Below the pieces are notes generated by a model. That model searched no databases and had not been told where the DNA came from. It was given only the letters and a program-made list of their open reading frames with translations. The position numbers and the translations under genes are program-made. A DNA stretch of 64,000 bases from contig NC_069005.1 in NCBI RefSeq assembly GCF_001194135.2, positions 5,705,802 to 5,769,801 of the forward strand, read 5' to 3'. Each line of letters opens with the position of its first letter. The first letter of the stretch is position 1. Source of the DNA: Octopus bimaculoides (Eukaryota). Below are positions 1-64,000 of the stretch, piece after piece.

Positions 1-59135
<59,135 letters not shown>

Positions 59136-59450
59136 TTCTGTTTTTGTTTTGTTGTGTCTGTTATTTTGTGAATCTTTTTTTTTTTTCTTTTTAAAGAGGG
59201 AGGGGTGTGTTGTTTTGTAAGGGGTTCTTTTTTTTTTTTTTCAAACTGAATTTCAAAGCAAGGAAGCAGAAATTTTTTTTCCTTTCCTTTTTTTCTTTCG
59301 CCGAAAAATGTTACGCAGCTTTTCGCCTTTTTATTCCGGAATAACTACTAAGGTCTTGCTTGTCATGCGTGGAACACTCACACCAGCGGCATCTACCGGC
59401 AGAACCGACAAGCTCACGAACGAACGACAACTCGGGAGAAAATTTCTTTA
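59136..59450 (-). promoter_or_regulatory. Probable UBE2D 5' UTR / proximal promoter (CpG-containing unique block)
   Basis: Unique CpG-containing sequence directly upstream of the ATG. The sense strand is A-rich near the ATG, with no polypyrimidine tract or AG acceptor. The TSS cannot be determined from sequence. Confidence 0.55.
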
Positions 59451-59559
59451 CCGATGCATGTATGTGTGCGCATGTACACACACATATACATATATAAATA
59501 TACATACACACACATTTATATATATATCTACATATATATAGATATAGATATATATATGC

Positions 59560-59590
<31 letters not shown>

Positions 59591-59732
59591 CACACATTTA
59601 TATATATATATATATATATATATACATACATATATACATTCTCATGTATATATACACATGAACATATACATACTTATACATACACATATATGTAAGCATA
59701 TACATACATATACGTACCGACATTCACGTGTT

Positions 59733-59792
<60 letters not shown>

Positions 59793-59806
59793 ATCATACA
59801 TCGTTC

Positions 59807-59850
<44 letters not shown>

Positions 59851-60425
59851 TATCATACATCGTTCATATATATATATATATATAAATTATTTTCTATTTA
59901 TATATATATATACACATATATATGTATGTGTGGAGGAGTAAACTCTCGATCACTCAACCTTTCCATCGTTCCGCGTTTCTCTCAGTCCTTTCTTTCTTTC
60001 ATGTTTTAATAATTTTTTCTTTGCTTTATTTTTTCTTTTTAATTACCAACACGAAACAAACCTTAGCAGATCACAAATCGACTCACAGCAGTTCACTTGA
60101 ACTATGGAAGACGATCGGTGTTTTAATTATTTCGAAAACTCCATCTACACCGTCACCTTCGCCCATTATTATTAGTCTTCATACACATGCAACCGGACTC
60201 GCATTCAAATGTTAATACTCATCGTGTAATTTTTATATTCCGGAATTAGAGGGGTGGGGGTGGAAAAATAATAACTTAGGTAAAATTTAAAGATTAAAAT
60301 AATTATAAATCATAGTAAAAATAAATAGATCTTACACGTTCGCTCCTTTAAAATTTATGATAAAAGTAAATATATTTACATTAATTTATTTCTCATATTC
60401 GTTTTAAATAATTAAAAAGATTTGA

Positions 60426-60522
<97 letters not shown>

Positions 60523-61458
60523 TACATATACATACATTCATACATACATACATATTACACACAGTATGTTGAGTATAACAGACACACGCGTTTAAGCTTT
60601 ATTTCAATGAGCAATAATACCTTCAGTTTAGCGACAGTAAACATTAATTACTTCATTATTTATTAAAATAAAGAGAAATACAAAATTTATTTCATTCGTA
60701 AATTTTTCTTACGAATACAAAAAAAAATCCGACCTACATAAAAAAATAATTTTTTAAAGCGCGAATGTTATACCATATTTTTTTGGTAGAATTTCCCTCC
60801 CATACATGGCTTCTAACAATTTCTATAACAGACACCATACTTTTGAGAAATTATTCACCGAAATTACCCCCCATTATCATCTTAGCTAACCTTAATATAA
60901 TTATTAGAGATGAATTTCAACAGAGGTTAGAGATTTAAGAGATAAATCGATGATACAGTTAATAAACATGTCACGGAAAAAGCCATCACTTATTCAAGAC
61001 TGACGAGGTTATCTTTCCTTACTTTCAACCGTGTGACTCCAGCATGTATTCTCTCTCTCTTTCTCTCTCTAACCCTCTGTCTCTCACACACACACTCTCT
61101 CTTTCTCTCCGGTCTGGCCTTCATAATTGAACCAGCCGCTCTATCGCTTTCTAGCTTCTCACATCAGTTTCTCATTTGGTTGTCTGCTTCTCTGAGTTTA
61201 AGAAGAGAGAGACAGTGAGAAATAGGCTTTCGAATAAATTCGATAAGACATCACTTATTCCCGACCGACGGGGTTATCTTTCCTTACTTTCAACCGTGTG
61301 ACACCAGGATGTATTTTCTCTCTCTCTCTCAGGTCTTGCCTTCATAATTGAAGGCCTGAGAATGAGAAATAGGCTTTCGAATTCGATTTAACCTCAGAAA
61401 ATCTTTTAAGATTATTTACACACGCGCAAACCTACCTACATTTCAATCTATATGAGTA

Positions 61459-61493
<35 letters not shown>

Positions 61494-61576
61494 CTATCAA
61501 TCTGTCTATGTATCTCTCTCTCTCTCAGTATGTATACATATGTGTGTGTGTGTGTATACATATATATATATGTTTC

Positions 61577-61608
<32 letters not shown>

Positions 61609-61622
61609 GATATGAATATATG

Positions 61623-61708
<86 letters not shown>

Positions 61709-63349
61709 TGAATATATGTATGTATGTATATATATACATGCATATATATATATATGTATGTATATATATATATATATGCATATACTTATATATAACATCA
61801 TTTTACATCTGTTTTCCCTTCCTCCATTGGTTGGACAGGCCAGCCCCAGTGCACATCTGCAAAAGTATTGGTTGCTACTTTCTGTATATAAGAGCAGGAA
61901 TTCCAGCTTAGCTCCAAATGACCAAGACCATATCTGCCACTGAAGAGGTGATATCACACCAAAACATTGTATCTGGTAGTCTCCTGACATCACTCAGTGC
62001 TTGATTTGATGTTTTCACTCATAAAGTTTGGAGGGAGAATATTTTTCTGCAAAACACAATTCTGCACCAAATGCTTTTCACATTCTACTGTAACTCATCA
62101 CTGCCCACTTTTCGATGCTTGCATGGGTCAGACTGTTATGAAATACATACTACCCTAACTTATGGCTTGGGTGCTATCTTCTTTCATTTGTTCAGTCACT
62201 CGTGTCTATGTGAGTGTGTGTATGTATGTATGCATGTATGTATGTATGTATGTATATATATATATATATATATATNNNNNNNNNNNNNNNNNNNNNNNNN
62301 NNNNNNNNNNNNNNNNNNNNNNNNNNNNNNNNNNNNNNNNNNNNNNNNNNNNNNNNNNNNNNNNNNNNNNNNNNNNNNNNNNNNNNNNNNNNNNNNNNNN
62401 NNNNNNNNNNNNNNNNNNNNNNNNNNNNNNNNNNNNNNNNNNNNNNNNNNNNNNNNNNNNNNNNNNNNNNNNNNNNNNNNNNNNNNNNNNNNNNNNNNNN
62501 NNNNNNNNNNNNNNNNNNNNNNNNNNNNNNNNNNNNNNNNNNNNNNNNNNNNNNNNNNNNNNNNNNNNNNNNNNNNNNNNNNNNNNNNNNNNNNNNNNNN
62601 NNNNNNNNNNNNNNNNNNNNNNNNNNNNNNNNNNNNNNNNNNNNNNNNNNNNNNNNNNNNNNNNNNNNNNNNNNNNNNNNNNNNNNNNNNNNNNNNNNNN
62701 NNNNNNNNNNNNNNNNNNNNNNNNNNNNNNNNNNNNNNNNNNNNNNNNNNNNNNNNNNNNNNNNNNNNNNNNNNNNNNNNNNNNNNNNNNNNNNNNNNNN
62801 NNNNNNNNNNNNNNNNNNNNNNNNNNNNNNNNNNNNNNNNNNNNNNNNNNNNNNNNNNNNNNNNNNNNNNNNNNNNNNNNNNNNNNNNNNNNNNNNNNNN
62901 NNNNNNNNNNNNNNNNNNNNNNNNNNNNNNNNNNNNNNNNNNNNNNNNNNNNNNTATATATATATATATGTATATACACACACACATTGCTACATATATA
63001 ACTTAAGGTTAGCAATGAAAAACCAGGAGCTGCAGTTTTGGGGCCAGGAGAATCCCTTTTTTTTTAGAGGTATTGTATTAATAAATCACAATGTACTTCA
63101 AAGCAATGCAAAAAGAAATCAACCCAGATGTGATCATGAGAGGAACAAGTTCATTTCACTATTGTTGTGGTTTGTCAGCGACAGATAATCATGTCACTTC
63201 TGAAACATGGGTGAGTCAGCAGGTGTGAAGTACGTAGAGAAGTACATAGTCTGAAGTACGTAGATATAGTGTATACACTGGTTTTTAAAGGCACTGCATA
63301 TGCTGAATAAATTCAAACTCTGCAACAGAAACAGCTCCAGAGCCAGACA

Positions 63350-63520
63350 GATAGATAGATAGATATACATACAAGGATCTTCTTTCAGTTTCTGTCAACC
63401 AAATCTCCTCATAAGGCTTTGGCTGACCCAGGGCTATAGTATAGTAGAAGATACTTTCCCAAGGCATTACGCAAAGCAGACTTCTTACCAAACAACCAGG
63501 CCTGCATCTTTGTTCCCCAT
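63350..63520 (-). mobile_element. Family A SINE head fragment
   Basis: TCTTCTTTCAGTTTCTGTCAACCAAATC..AAGGCTTTGGCTGACCCAGGGCTATAG...TACTTTCCCAAGG. Confidence 0.7.
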
Positions 63521-64000
63521 ATTTTCCTCGTGTGACCAAGCCTGTCTCTTATAGCATTATCTACAGCACTTTTCTACCACAATGTCACCTTCCAAATTAT
63601 TACTTCCTTACACCAATCACAGATCTCTCCTGTCTTGCTTTCAGCAGGTTGCCATGTAGAAATTCCCATTTTTTCTCTATGTAGTCAGTCTCAAACTCTA
63701 TTTGATTTTTCAAATGCCATATTTTCAGTGTATTACATAACGTAAACATGTAGCACAAACATACAAACATCGTCACTATCTTTCCAAGTCCTGCTGCATT
63801 TCACATGGAATTTTTTGGTCCTCCAAAGGTCTTTTTGGAACATAAATCGACCTACCTTTTTTGGCTAAAAAATTCAACTGATGTACCAGAGAGTATGGCA
63901 CTCCAAATACATGTCCAAGAACTCTTACAGCTCAATGGTGCATTAAGCTTTCATATCTTCCTTCTCCAAACCATTTTGTTTGTATAGGTCCGAAATTACT

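Overview
Eukaryotic, AT-rich, repeat-dense scaffold with N gaps. The repeat families look octopus/coleoid cephalopod; this is inferred from recalled repeat families and was not checked by search. Almost the whole window is one minus-strand gene, a UBE2D/effete-type ubiquitin-conjugating enzyme E2. Six coding exons were read by hand (59112-59135, 34562-34625, 15572-15603, 13297-13374, 2463-2568, and 1-40 partial), all with GT-AG sites. They give [115 protein letters not shown]..., and the 3' end lies beyond base 1. The introns hold tRNA-headed SINEs, RTE-type LINE fragments, TTAA-flanked piggyBac-type MITEs, mariner-type MITEs and microsatellites. Almost all ORF-track entries are artefacts. The most unusual items are: (1) a TSD-flanked, head-to-head inverted tRNA-headed element with a Penelope-type minimal hammerhead-like core (30389-30885); (2) a full-length 5S rRNA-derived head fused to the same 3' tail used by a tRNA-SINE (36273-36450); (3) a ~68-nt pre-miRNA-like hairpin (9437-9504); (4) an abrupt switch to CpG-retaining, microsatellite-rich DNA over the 5' ~12 kb, which contains a perfect 16-bp CRE palindrome. 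No prokaryote-type system such as CRISPR or an operon is present.
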